Assembly: GCA_964057225.1 (NCBI GenBank)
Contig: OZ059896.1
Coordinates: 6,944,001-7,008,000, forward strand
Direction of reading: 5' to 3'
DNA length: 64,000 nt
Origin: Auanema rhodensis
Taxonomy: Eukaryota > Animalia > Nematoda
Under the pieces are notes generated by a model, which made no database searches, had not been told where the DNA came from, and saw only the letters and a list, made by a program, of their open reading frames with translations. Shown here in pieces: positions 1 to 11,947 of this stretch (the first letter of the stretch is position 1; each line of letters starts with the position of its first letter). A program made the translations under genes and the position numbers.

Positions 1-926
1 CGCTTTTATATAACTCTTGATCTGACTAATTTAAATCGTTTCGGTTTTTTAACTGAAATTTAGGTTACCACTGCCTATATTAATTAAGTATTATCAACGA
101 ATTCTAATAAGTGGTAGATTGTTTTCAAGGACAATATTGCTTTCTGTGAGTGACAAGTTTTTTTGCTGTTTTGCACTCATTCATTGACATTAGATACTCG
201 ACCAGTTTTGTTTCTGATAAAACTAATTAAGAATATTGTTGTTAGAAGTGGACCTTATTTGTTTTGATATTAACGCTGCATTTATTTCTAATCATGATAT
301 GTTTGCAGTTCTAAATCATCTGATTTATAAGTGAACAGTTTAAATTTATTTCATATAATAATAGAAATAGTCCTATCTTTAGTTCTATCAATATGAAAAG
401 AACAGGATTTTATCATTATTTTTCACTTCGTTTTCTTATCCCCGTAAACTAGTAAAACTCAAAGTTAATTCATCGCTTTCTCTTCAGTAATACGAAGAAA
501 AACATGAAAATTGTTGATTTTTTTTTCAAATATGCTATACATAAGATAGTGAAATGTTTTCGTTACTACTTTTTGTATTAATTCTAATTCGGTATGACCT
601 TAATAATCTTCAAATTAATGTAACGTTAATTAGTCTTAAGAAGTAATATAGTATTAATTAATCTTGAAAGTATTATAGTTTCAATTTTATAATCATGATA
701 AGCTATTATAATTATGATTTTAACGATTAGGTTGAATTGTTTCTTTCAAGTTTTTTATGGACTCTTTTGTTTTAGTTTTAAGTAAGAAGTAGATATATGA
801 TATATAAACTTTATTTTGCAAATCATACATAGTTAACCAACACCATACAACATTTGCACTTATTATTAAGTATCAATCTTTAGAGTTTCAATCGGCTTCT
901 AAAAATATTTTTAGAAGGCTAGAAGT

Positions 927-3440
927 TTAAGCACGGCGACGGTAAGATTGCTCTGGCTCTGGGGCTGGGAGGATGTGCTTTCTAACGGTATCGTAGCTGA
1001 AATATGTTGATTAAGTAATGAAAGTTTGGAAGCATTGTATTACCTTGGGGAGCTTCCTCCGTTGTTATTGGTTTGTCCAACATTGATGTTGTTGGAGTTG
1101 GTGTTGTGGTTGATCATATCACCTCCCTTTTGGACGCTGGTTTGTCCTTGGTTGTTGGTTTGGGCGAGATCCTTGGCGTTGAAGATGTTTCCGGTAACAA
1201 CGTGTGGTGCAACGTAGCCTCCGTAGCTTCCGTAGTTTGGTTGGGATGGGTAAGATATATATGGTTGTGGGTAGCTTGGTTGAACGTATTGGGTATCGTA
1301 TTGTGGTCCCTTTCCGTTGTTGTTGGTTTGTCCGATGTTGATGGAGTTGGTGTTTTGTCCAACGTTGGTTTGGGCTCCTCCGACTTGGGTGTTGGATTGT
1401 CCTTGTTGGTTGGTCTGTCCAAGGTTTTGGGTGTTGATCTTGTTAGCGGCCAAGAGTTGTCCAATGTTGTGTGGGTATACTGGGATAGTATGGTAGGAAT
1501 CCAACAATTTGATGTTAACATTTGGGCTGAGGATAGATTGGCTGTTGGAGTTTCCGTTTCCAGTTTGCTTGGTTCCCAAAAGACCGCCGAGAAGGCCTCC
1601 GAGGAGTCCACCAGACTTTTCTGAAGAAACAGCGGTAGTCTGAACGGTTGGCTCATTGCGAGCTGGTTGTCCGTATCCTGGTTCTGGTTGTCCGTAGCTT
1701 GGCTGTCCGTAGCTTGGTTGTCCGTATTGGGAATCGTATTGTGGTCCCTTTCCGTTGTTGTTGGTTTGTCCGATGTTGATGGCATTGGAGTTCTCTCCAA
1801 CGTTGGTTTGGGCTCCTCCGACTTGGGTGCTGGATTGTCCTTGGTTGTTGTTTTGTCCTAATCCAGTGTAGTCAACCTTGTTTCCGGCGAAGATGTTTTG
1901 TGGAAGGTATTGTCCAACGTTTCCGTAGCTTGGTTGAGATGGGTAGCTTGGTTGAGCTGGGTAGGTGGTTGGGACGTAGGTTGGGGCGTACTTGGAGGCA
2001 TCGTATTGTGGGGCTCCGTATCCGGCTCCTTGTCCTCCGTTTTGGTTGGTTTGTCCGATGTTGATGGCGTTAGCGTTGGATCCAACGTTGGTTTGTTCTC
2101 CTCCGACTTGGGTGCTGGATTGTCCTTGGTTGTTGTTTTGTCCTAATCCAGTGTAGTCAACCTTGTTTCCGGCGAAGATGTTTTGTGGAAGGTATTGTCC
2201 AATGTTTCCGTAGCTTGGTTGAGCTGGGTAGGTGGTTGGGACGTAGGTTGGGGCGTACTTGGAGGCATCGTATTGTGGGGCTCCGTATCCGGCTCCTTGT
2301 CCTCCGTTTTGGTTGGTTTGTCCGATGTTGATGGCGTTAGCGTTGTTTCCTACATTGGTTTGGGCTCCTCCAACTTGGGTGTTTTCTTGTCCTTGGTTGT
2401 TAGTTTGTCCAAGATTTTTGGTGTTGATGAGGTTTCCGGCGAGAATGTTTTGTGGGATGTAGCTTCCGGCGTTTCCGTAGCTTGGTTGAGATGGGTAGAT
2501 TGGTTGGGATGGGTAAGCTGGATAGGTTTGTGGGTAGCTTGGTTGTCCGTATTGGGAATCGTATTGTGGTCCCTTTCCGTTGTTGTTGGTTTGTCCGATG
2601 TTGATGGAGTTTTGGTTAGATCCAACGTTGGTTTGGGCTCCTCCGACTTGGGTGTTGGATTGTCCTTGTTGGTTGTTCTGTCCAAGGTTTTGAGTGTTGA
2701 TGAGGTTTCCGGCGAGAATGTTTTGTGGGATGTAGCTTCCGGCGTTTCCGTAGCTTGGTTGAGATGGGTAGGTTGGTGGGGCATTGGTGTAAGCTGGTGG
2801 AGCAGTGGTGTAGACTGGGCGAGCAGTGGTGTAAGTTGGTGGGGCAGTGGTGTAAGCTGGTGGAGCAGTGGTGTAAGCTGGTGGGGCAGTGGTGTAAGCT
2901 GGTGGAGCAGTGTTGTAAGATGGTGGAGCTGTTCCGTAGGTGGCCTTGGAGTTTTTGCTTGGCTTGTCCTTCTTGTATTTCTCTTCAGATGAAGAGTTCT
3001 TGTATTTTTTCTTGGCATCATATTGTGGTCCCTTTCCGTTGTCATTGGTTTGTCCAATGTTGATGGCATTGGAGTTTTGTCCGACGTTAGTCTGTTCTCC
3101 TCCAACTTGGGTGTTGGTCTGTCCCTGGTTGTTAAGCTGGGAGAGGTTGGTAAGATCGAATTTGTTTCCAAGAACGGTGCCGGCGGATCCGATAGATGGG
3201 ATTGAGATCTTTGGCTGAAATAATATGTAATTAATTACGTAATATTATCATTGGGCTTACGAGGTTGAAAGCTGGGTCATGAACGGCCTTTCCGTTGTTG
3301 GTGTAATCCTTTGGTGAGACCTTTGGAGAATCAGCAGCTACCTTCATAACAGCTTCAGCATCGTTTCCACCGTAACCGGATGCATCGAGGTCGTAGCAGA
3401 AAGCTACAGCAACGACAGCTGAGATGAGGAACAACTTCAT
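927..3440 (-). CDS. Secreted Asn/Gln/Gly/Tyr-rich tandem-repeat protein, paralogue A (~806 aa)
   Basis: Exons 3440-3261, 3214-1044 and 996-927, with GT..TTTCAG introns of 46 and 47 bp. Signal peptide MKLFLISAVVAVAFC; 7 copies of NNQGQxxTQVGGAQTNVGxNxNAINIGQTN; TAPPAY repeats; ends SYRRRA*. Exon 2 is one open frame; the ORF track only shows its end (1040..1579) because no start codon occurs earlier in frame. Confidence 0.9.
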
Positions 3441-3519
3441 TACCTAAACATTTGGAAATAACACTAGAAAATGAGCCAAAATATTATTTGCGAATAAGCA
3501 CACATATATAAATGAATTT

Positions 3520-3552
3520 GTATATATATTTATATATATATATATATATATG
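3520..3552. repeat. (TA)n microsatellite
   Basis: Interrupted TA dinucleotide run upstream of paralogue A. Confidence 0.8.
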
Positions 3553-3647
3553 TATTCATTTATTATAAAATAAATATAATTATTATTTGTAATGAATAGA
3601 AGAATATTGAGATCGAATGCGATATGTCTTTTATCCATCGAACTCGC

Positions 3648-3656
3648 CTTATATAC
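3648..3656 (-). promoter_or_regulatory. TATA box (GTATATAAG) of repeat gene A
   Basis: GTATATAAG ~210 bp upstream of the ATG; same motif upstream of paralogue B in otherwise diverged flanks. Confidence 0.6.
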
Positions 3657-4787
3657 CTTGCCATATGAAGATTTTCAGTTTTTATGCATTTGTATGCAAG
3701 TCTTGCATTTAATAACCTTGACTAAATAAACTAAGTTTTGCTTGATAACCTAGTTGGGACAACCTTCCAAATTACAGTTTCCACTCTTGAACTTCGTTGG
3801 TGAACTGTTTATTTAACCCAATAGGCAATATCTTTTGATGGTGTACTGTAAATTTTCAGAAAAATACTGGTATAATTCGAAGTTATTAACTTCAGCTAAA
3901 ATGATTGACATCAAGTTCAGTTATTCGTGACGACTTTTGGAGGAAAATCAGAATATCAAGGTTATGAACCTGATTAGTAGAGTAGCTTTTACTACAAATC
4001 CATAAGCAATTTATCAAAATCGTTCAATCAAAAAAATCGCTTGTGATGCTTACAAGTTCCTCATTAGGTCAGAATCGTTAGATCAATTTACAATGTTTTG
4101 CAGAAATGTATAAATCAGATAATTATTATTTAAACGATTTCCCGGATTTAAATTTAGTGAAAAATTTTAATATTTTCATATTTGTTTATTTGGATCAAAT
4201 ATTCAATATTTATTGTTTTGTAATGTCTGACACACTCATATCTAAGCTGCATATGCTGTAAACTATAAAACTCGTGTAAATTATATAGTTATTTGCTGTT
4301 TCTGTACGATCTATGAAATTGCGATCGCTAAATCGTGAAACTGAAAGTTTGTTTTCATGAATTGGATACTTAATTAGTTATTGTTTTTGATCTTTATACA
4401 AAGTGCGAAAAACTGTTCTAAAACTGTTTTTCGAGTATTTCTTTTGAAGATTAGTTCGATAAAACTGTAAGATGTACCGCTATTCCCATTTCGCTTTTCT
4501 TAATTTGTCTATACTTATCTTTTGGAAATTTCTTTGAAAACAGTTTCAGTAATCATTGTACTTTCCATAATCATATACAATTGTCCTTTCATGTTTAGAG
4601 TAACTAATTCATTTTGGTTCTTTAATACTGTTCATACACTTTCTTTTGAAAATACTTGAATAAGCTTTTAATATTTAATAATTTCATTTTGCGAGAAGAC
4701 AATTAATACAATTACCACTTAATATTTATTAATTAATATTATTATAAACCCATTCAACCAATTTGTTTAAAACTTTGAGAAGTTAAT

Positions 4788-7426
4788 CTAAGCACGGCGA
4801 CGGTAAGATTGCTCTGGCTCTGGGGCTGGGAGGATGTGCTTTCTAACGGTATCGTAGCTGAAATATGTTGATTAAGTAATGAAAGTTTGGAAGCATTGTA
4901 TTACCTTGGGGAGCTTCCTCCGTTTTGGTTGGTTTGTCCGATGTTGATAGCGTTAGAGTTTTGTCCAACGTTGGTTTGGTCACCTCCCTTTTGGACGCTG
5001 TTTTGTCCTTGGTTGTTGGTTTGAGCGAGATCCTTGGTGTTGAAGAGGTTTCCGGCAACAACATTTTGTGGAAGGTAGCTTCCGGCATTTCCGTAGCTTG
5101 GGATGGTTGGGTAGATTGGTTGAGATGGGTAGATTTGGGTTTGTGGTTGTCCGTAACGAGAATCGTATTGTGGTCCCTTTCCGTTGTTGTTGGTTTGTCC
5201 GATGTTGATGGCATTGGAGTTCTCTCCAACGTTGGTTTGGGCTCCTCCGACTTGGGTGTTGGTCTGTCCTTGTTGGTTGTTTTGGTTCAAAAGTTGAGAG
5301 AAAAGAGCGTTGTCCTTGATAAGTGATCCGGCTCCTCCGGCTGGAGCGTATCCTCCGGCTGGAGCGTATCCTCCGACGGTTGGCTTCTTGATGAGGAGGT
5401 ATCCAAGGGGCTCATCGTAATGTGGGGCTCCGTATCCGGCTCCTTGTCCTCCGTTTTGGTTGGTTTGTCCGATGTTGATGGCGTTAGCGTTGGATCCAAC
5501 GTTGGTTTGTTCTCCTCCGACTTGGGTGTTGGATTGTCCTTGTTGGTTGTTTTGTCCAAGGTTTTGGGTGTGGATGAGGTTGTTCTTGATCAAATCAGCG
5601 GCTCCAGCTCCAGTTCCGTAAGTTGGGAGTTGTGGCATGTAGGTGGATGGGGATGGCATGTACTTGGAGGCATCGTATTGTGGGGCTCCGTATCCGGCTC
5701 CTTGTCCTCCGTTTTGGTTGGTTTGTCCGATGTTGATGGCGTTTTGGTTAGATCCAACGTTGGTTTGGGCTCCTCCGACTTGGGTGTTGGATTGTCCTTG
5801 TTGGTTGTTCTGTCCAAGGTTTTGGGTGTTGATGAGGTTTCCGGCGAGAATGTTTTGTGGGATGTAGCTTCCAGCGTTTCCGTAGCTTGGTTGAGATGGG
5901 TAGCTTGGTTGAGCTGGGTAGGTGGTTGGGACGTAGGTTGGGGCGTACTTGGAGGCATCGTATTGTGGTCCCTTTCCGTTGTTGTTGGTTTGTCCGATGT
6001 TGATGGCATTGGAGTTCTCTCCAACGTTGGTTTGGGCTCCTCCGACTTGGGTGCTGGATTGTCCTTGGTTGTTGTTTTGTCCTAATCCAGTGTAGTCAAC
6101 CTTGTTTCCGGCGAAGATGTTTTGTGGAAGGTATTGTCCAACGTTTCCGTAGCTTGGTTGAGATGGGTAGCTTGGTTGAGCTGGGTAGGTGGTTGGGACG
6201 TAGGTTGGGGCGTACTTGGAGGCATCGTATTGTGGGGCTCCGTATCCGGCTCCTTGTCCTCCGTTTTGGTTGGTTTGTCCGATGTTGATGGCGTTTTGGT
6301 TTTGTCCAACGTTGGTTTGGGCTCCTCCTACTTGAGTGTTTTCTTGTCCTTGGTTGTTAGTTTGTCCAAGATTTTTGGTGTTGATGAGGTTTCCGGCGAG
6401 AATGTTTTGTGGGATGTAGCTTCCGGCGTTTCCGTAGCTTGGTTGAGATGGGTAGCTTGGTTGAGCTGGGTAGGTGGTTGGGACGTAGGTTGGGGCGTAC
6501 TTGGAGGCATCGTATTGTGGGGCTCCGTATCCAGCTCCTTGTCCTCCGTTTTGGTTGGTTTGTCCGATGTTGATGGCGTTAGCGTTGGATCCAACGTTGG
6601 TTTGGGCTCCTCCGACTTGGGTGTTGGATTGTCCTTGGTTGTTGTTTTGTCCGAGGTTTTGGGTGTGGATGAGGTTGTTCTTGATCAAGTCAGCGGCTCC
6701 AGCTCCAGTTCCGTAAGTTGGGAGTTGTGGCATGTAGGTGGATGGGGATGGCATGTACTTGGAGGCATCGTATTGTGGTCCTCCGTATCCAGCTCCTTGT
6801 CCTCCGTTTTGGTTGGTTTGTCCGATGTTGATGGCGTTTTGGTTAGATCCAACGTTGGTTTGGGCTCCTCCAACTTGAACGTTTTCTTGTCCTTGGTTGG
6901 AAGTCTGTCCGAGGTTTTGGATGTTGAAGAGGTTGTTCTTGATCAAGTCAGCGGCTCCAGCTCCGGATCCGTAGGTTGGAATTTGTGGAACATAGGTGGA
7001 TGGGGATGGCATGTACTTGGAGGCATCGTATTGTGGTCCCTTTCCGTTTTGGTTGGTTTGTCCAATGTTGATGGCGTTAGCGTTGTTTCCTACATTGGTT
7101 TGAGCTCCTCCAACTTGGGTGTTGGTCTGTCCCTGGTTGTTAAGCTGGGAGAGGTTGGTGAGGTCCATCTTGTTTCCGGTGACGATGTTTGGAAGAGCAA
7201 TTTTTGGGAGCTGAAAATTGGAGTATGTTTTGAATGTTTTTAGCAGCAAGCTTACAGCGAAGTCACGGATTGGCTTTCCGTTGTTGGTGTAATCCTTTGG
7301 TGAAACCTTTGGTGAATGGGCAGCTACTTTCTTGACAGCTTCAGCATCGTTTCCACCGTAACCGGAGGCATCGAGGTCGTAGCAGAAAGCTACAGCGACG
7401 ACAGCGGAGATGAGGATCAACTTCAT
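4788..7426 (-). CDS. Secreted Asn/Gln/Gly/Tyr-rich tandem-repeat protein, paralogue B (~848 aa)
   Basis: ORF 4901..7426; exons 7426-7256, 7210-4905 and 4857-4788. Signal peptide; 9 copies of the N/Q/G core alternating with Y/P-rich spacers (PQYDASKY.., YPSQPSYG, AGGYAPAGGY); ends SYRRRA*. Confidence 0.92.
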
Positions 7427-7601
7427 TACCTAAACATTTGGAAATAAAATTAACATTTAAAAGAAAGAAAAAGAATAATTGAATGAACGAAATAAGTAAA
7501 AGTGTTGATATTATTTTATAAGCGAGCAACAATTTTTATTGGTTAAATAGATATTGTTGTTTGTTGTTTGGTTGGTATGCTCTATCTTGGTGAGCCTCTC
7601 G

Positions 7602-7610
7602 CTTATATAC
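7602..7610 (-). promoter_or_regulatory. TATA box (GTATATAAG) of repeat gene B
   Basis: GTATATAAGCGAG ~180 bp upstream of the ATG, matching the motif upstream of gene A. Confidence 0.6.
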
Positions 7611-8111
7611 TCGAGTTGCTGGGATTTCGATTCACACTACAAAGTTTTGACCGTCGATTTAGGGCAAGTTGATATATCGTTTACGATTTCTGACAAAGCT
7701 AACGTCAACTTGAGATTAACTAGTAGTTTTCTATCGGCAGAATCTGTCATAGAGTATTTCCCAACAACTTTGTTTTCGATTCTTCGATCGACTGGCGCAA
7801 CTTCGTTCGTTCTTTCTGTCTGTTGAGTGCGGCAAGTCAATCAAAAAGTCAATAAAATATTAGATATAGCAGACGATGTATTGAAAACATGAATAATCTC
7901 AGCTAACTTATCTTCATAACTTTCCTTTCTTTCGATTCTTAAACATGATTTTTACTTCCTGGTAGATTTCCGTCTATTATCTACAATGTCTGGGATTTTA
8001 TCCCCCTTTCCTATCACTGTTCTATGCTATTTGCTAAATAATACAAACTCTAACTATAGTTTTAATTAACATATTTATTCAATTCATTCATACAACTACA
8101 AATAAATATTA

Positions 8112-8980
8112 TCAATGAGCATATGGTCGGCCTGGTAGAGGAGGTGGTACTGCGATTCTGGGAGCATCAGCCTTAAAATTGGTTTGCTTTTCCTCAAATA
8201 CAAAGATGTTTTTCTTACCATTGATTTCTTGAGCCGTAGATCTAGATTTATAACGATTGAACTAGCAACTTCATTATATGTATTTCCCACTTTCACATAA
8301 GTATTCTATTCAAAAAGCTGTCAATCATAGATCGAATAGAAGAATTACCTGCGTTTGTCGGACATTTTGATTCGCCTTTTGAGCAGCCTTTGTCACTGCT
8401 GGTCTAGCTGTGGTTCTAACAGTTTTAGCAGTTGCTTTTTTTGTTGTTGCTTTTCTGATTTTGTATTTACGGTGACCAAAAATTATTTTCCAAAACTACC
8501 TGGGCGTAACTCTTGTCGTTGCTCTTGTGGTAGCCCGGACTATTCTTTGTCTGAGCAGATCAACATCTTCTGTGTCATCATAACTCAAATTATTTGTCGC
8601 ATCAAAATCGTTTGAAGCTATTTCTTGGACGTCTGAAGATTGTTTATTTTGAATTATGGCTTAACTTGTATTTAATACCATCTCCCATATTAGGCGAAAG
8701 GAAAAATTTTACATTGTCATGAACACCTGTCTTACAACAATCATCTCCCTTTCTTCTTTAATATTTGAAATTAGTTTTATATTATACGATTAATACCTAC
8801 TGAAGGTGCTGTAGAAGATAATCTGTGATTCGTTTATCTAACAATGGAGCTACATTCATGAAGCACGCAAACAAAAATAAAAATGTGATGCTAAACGACG
8901 AATTTACTATAATGATCTTTACCAAAGAAGAATTTACTATTATGATCTTTTGCAAATATAGGACAAACTTACATTCTCAT
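8112..8980 (-). CDS. Small secreted orphan protein with a basic Thr/Ala/Arg/Lys-rich segment
   Basis: Seven exons with phase-compatible GT-AG introns give MRIITFLFLFACFMNVAPLLDKR...DDCCKTG...RATTRATTRVTPRKATTKKATAKTVRTTARPAVTK...ADAPRIAVPPPLPGRPYAH*. Confidence 0.65.
8901..8950. repeat. Short tandem duplication (30 bp period) in intron 1 of the orphan gene
   Basis: aatttactat(a/t)atgatcttt at 8901 and 8931. Confidence 0.7.
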
Positions 8981-9281
8981 GACAGGCTATAGATCAAGCT
9001 AGATTTTGCAAACGACGGGACTGCTGCCAGTAGTTGATCGAGTAATACTAGTGAAAAGCAACGTAATGGCTATTTTTCAGTTCGAGAGTTTGGGTGATTC
9101 AAGGTCGAATCATTCATCAATTATTAGTATATAGTAAAAACGATTTTACTACGGCATTTACTATTTTTTTTGTAAAGCTTGTGTGTACATATCGTCACCC
9201 CGGTCAAACTTGATCTGCAATGAAGCCGGTTTACTTTTGCAAAAAACCCTTATAGTTTTTAAAGATAAACTTATATTTCAG

Positions 9282-9901
9282 ATTCTTTGTCTGTTGGACT
9301 TCTATGTACACTACAGCTGTCAACGACAAGGAATTGGAAAGTCCGTTATTGAGTATATGCTCCAAAATGAGCATGCTGAGCCATATCAGGTATGTAGAAG
9401 ATCATATATATTAAAAACTAATACTTAAACAATGTAGCTCGCTCTGGATAATCCATCTGTTACTCTACTCGGCTTTATGTCACGAGGTTTTGGTTTGAGC
9501 AAGCCTGTATGGCAAAACACCAACTTTGTTGTGTTCGACGAACTTTTCAAATCTGTTTCTGTTACCGGAAAGGATGGATGTATGTTGACAAACACACACC
9601 ACAAGGTCGAAACTTATATTTAGGTGATGCTCCACCAGAGGGCTGGCGTCGACCACAAACACCACGACGTATTGGTAACGGTACTACTGACACTCGTTGG
9701 CTTAATCACGCTATCAGCGGGCATGCAGCCAAGGTCTGTTTTAATACTTGGCAGTTTTTTCTAAAGGAGTTTCTATTAAAGGGTCATGCTATGGCCGCTC
9801 CTGTTGATGCCGATCAAACTCCTGAAGGCGCTCTTGCGAACAGAGCTCACCAAGCAAAAGCAAGAAAGGCCCACATTCTTAGCAGCAAGCCCCTGTGGTA
9901 A
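9282..9901 (+). CDS. mec-17: Alpha-tubulin N-acetyltransferase MEC-17, 3' exons only (5' exons not in window)
   Basis: Spliced [79 protein letters not shown] matches my recollection of the C-terminal half of C. elegans MEC-17; starts at a phase-0 TTTCAG acceptor. Confidence 0.93.
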
Positions 9902-10371
9902 AGAGCGTTCTACCCATTACCCAGCTTCCAGCTTTTGGTCCAGAAGCGTATGCATTGAGCAGAGTCCACAACTGATTAACCAACGCTTTTTAGATTAAAC
10001 TTTTCAATTTTCTTGCATACCCTTGTTCTATAAAGTGGACTGCTTTAATAAATGCTCTGTGCTATGTTGCGACAACACTTCATAAATATATGTTTATAAA
10101 CAGCATGATCCACACATCCACCGATAATAAAATTAAAAGTTAAACAACCAGCGAAAGGTAGACAGCTACAGTACAAGCCCGATAGCAAACGTTCGCAGGA
10201 ACATACCATGAATTAATAATATTAACGGGTCCATATCACAATAAAGGCCCGGCCGGTATACAAGTCATTATGAGAAAGGTGATTGCAATGCCCAGCTTCG
10301 CCAAGGAACATTAACGTATTACAGAATTATTTAGGGTTAAAATATTACAAAGAATATCTTCATCACATCAA

Positions 10372-11551
<1,180 letters not shown>

Positions 11552-11947
11552 CTTGGTTGGATTAGATTCAACTTCCTAAACGTTTAAATAATATATATCA
11601 TAATACTTATAAGCGGAAAATATAGAGAGCAATATTTAAGCTATTTAATTCCTCTTTTTAAAATAAAAATAAAAATTTATACTATATCAAATGCAATTAA
11701 ACATAAATCAGAAGGATGAGAAAGGTGAATAATCGCCAACAACGGCTCTACAACACGTGTAAATTCGATTGGATATTTCGTGTCGGGAGTATATTGCGCG
11801 CATATTGGTACAGACCTTTAAGTTTTTTTGTCAAACATATTTTTATACTAAACAAAAAAAATATATTTTAAAGTATAAATATTTATTGAATTAAATTCAG
11901 TTGGTTAACTTGAATACCCGACAATTGTTCAAATATATTAAATACAT

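Noticed and set aside
1044-7210. Repeat-plus-variable-spacer pattern resembling a CRISPR array, or a horizontally acquired curli gene
   Set aside because: Units are in-frame codons, spacers are themselves repeated, and there are no cas genes; the genes have spliceosomal introns and lack the exact CsgA consensus
1026-7243. Long + strand Val/Leu/Gly/Trp-rich ORFs and minus-strand Thr/Pro/Lys-rich alternate-frame ORFs
   Set aside because: Shadows of the biased-codon repeat genes; only the N/Q/G frame has a signal peptide, ATG, splice sites and paralogue conservation
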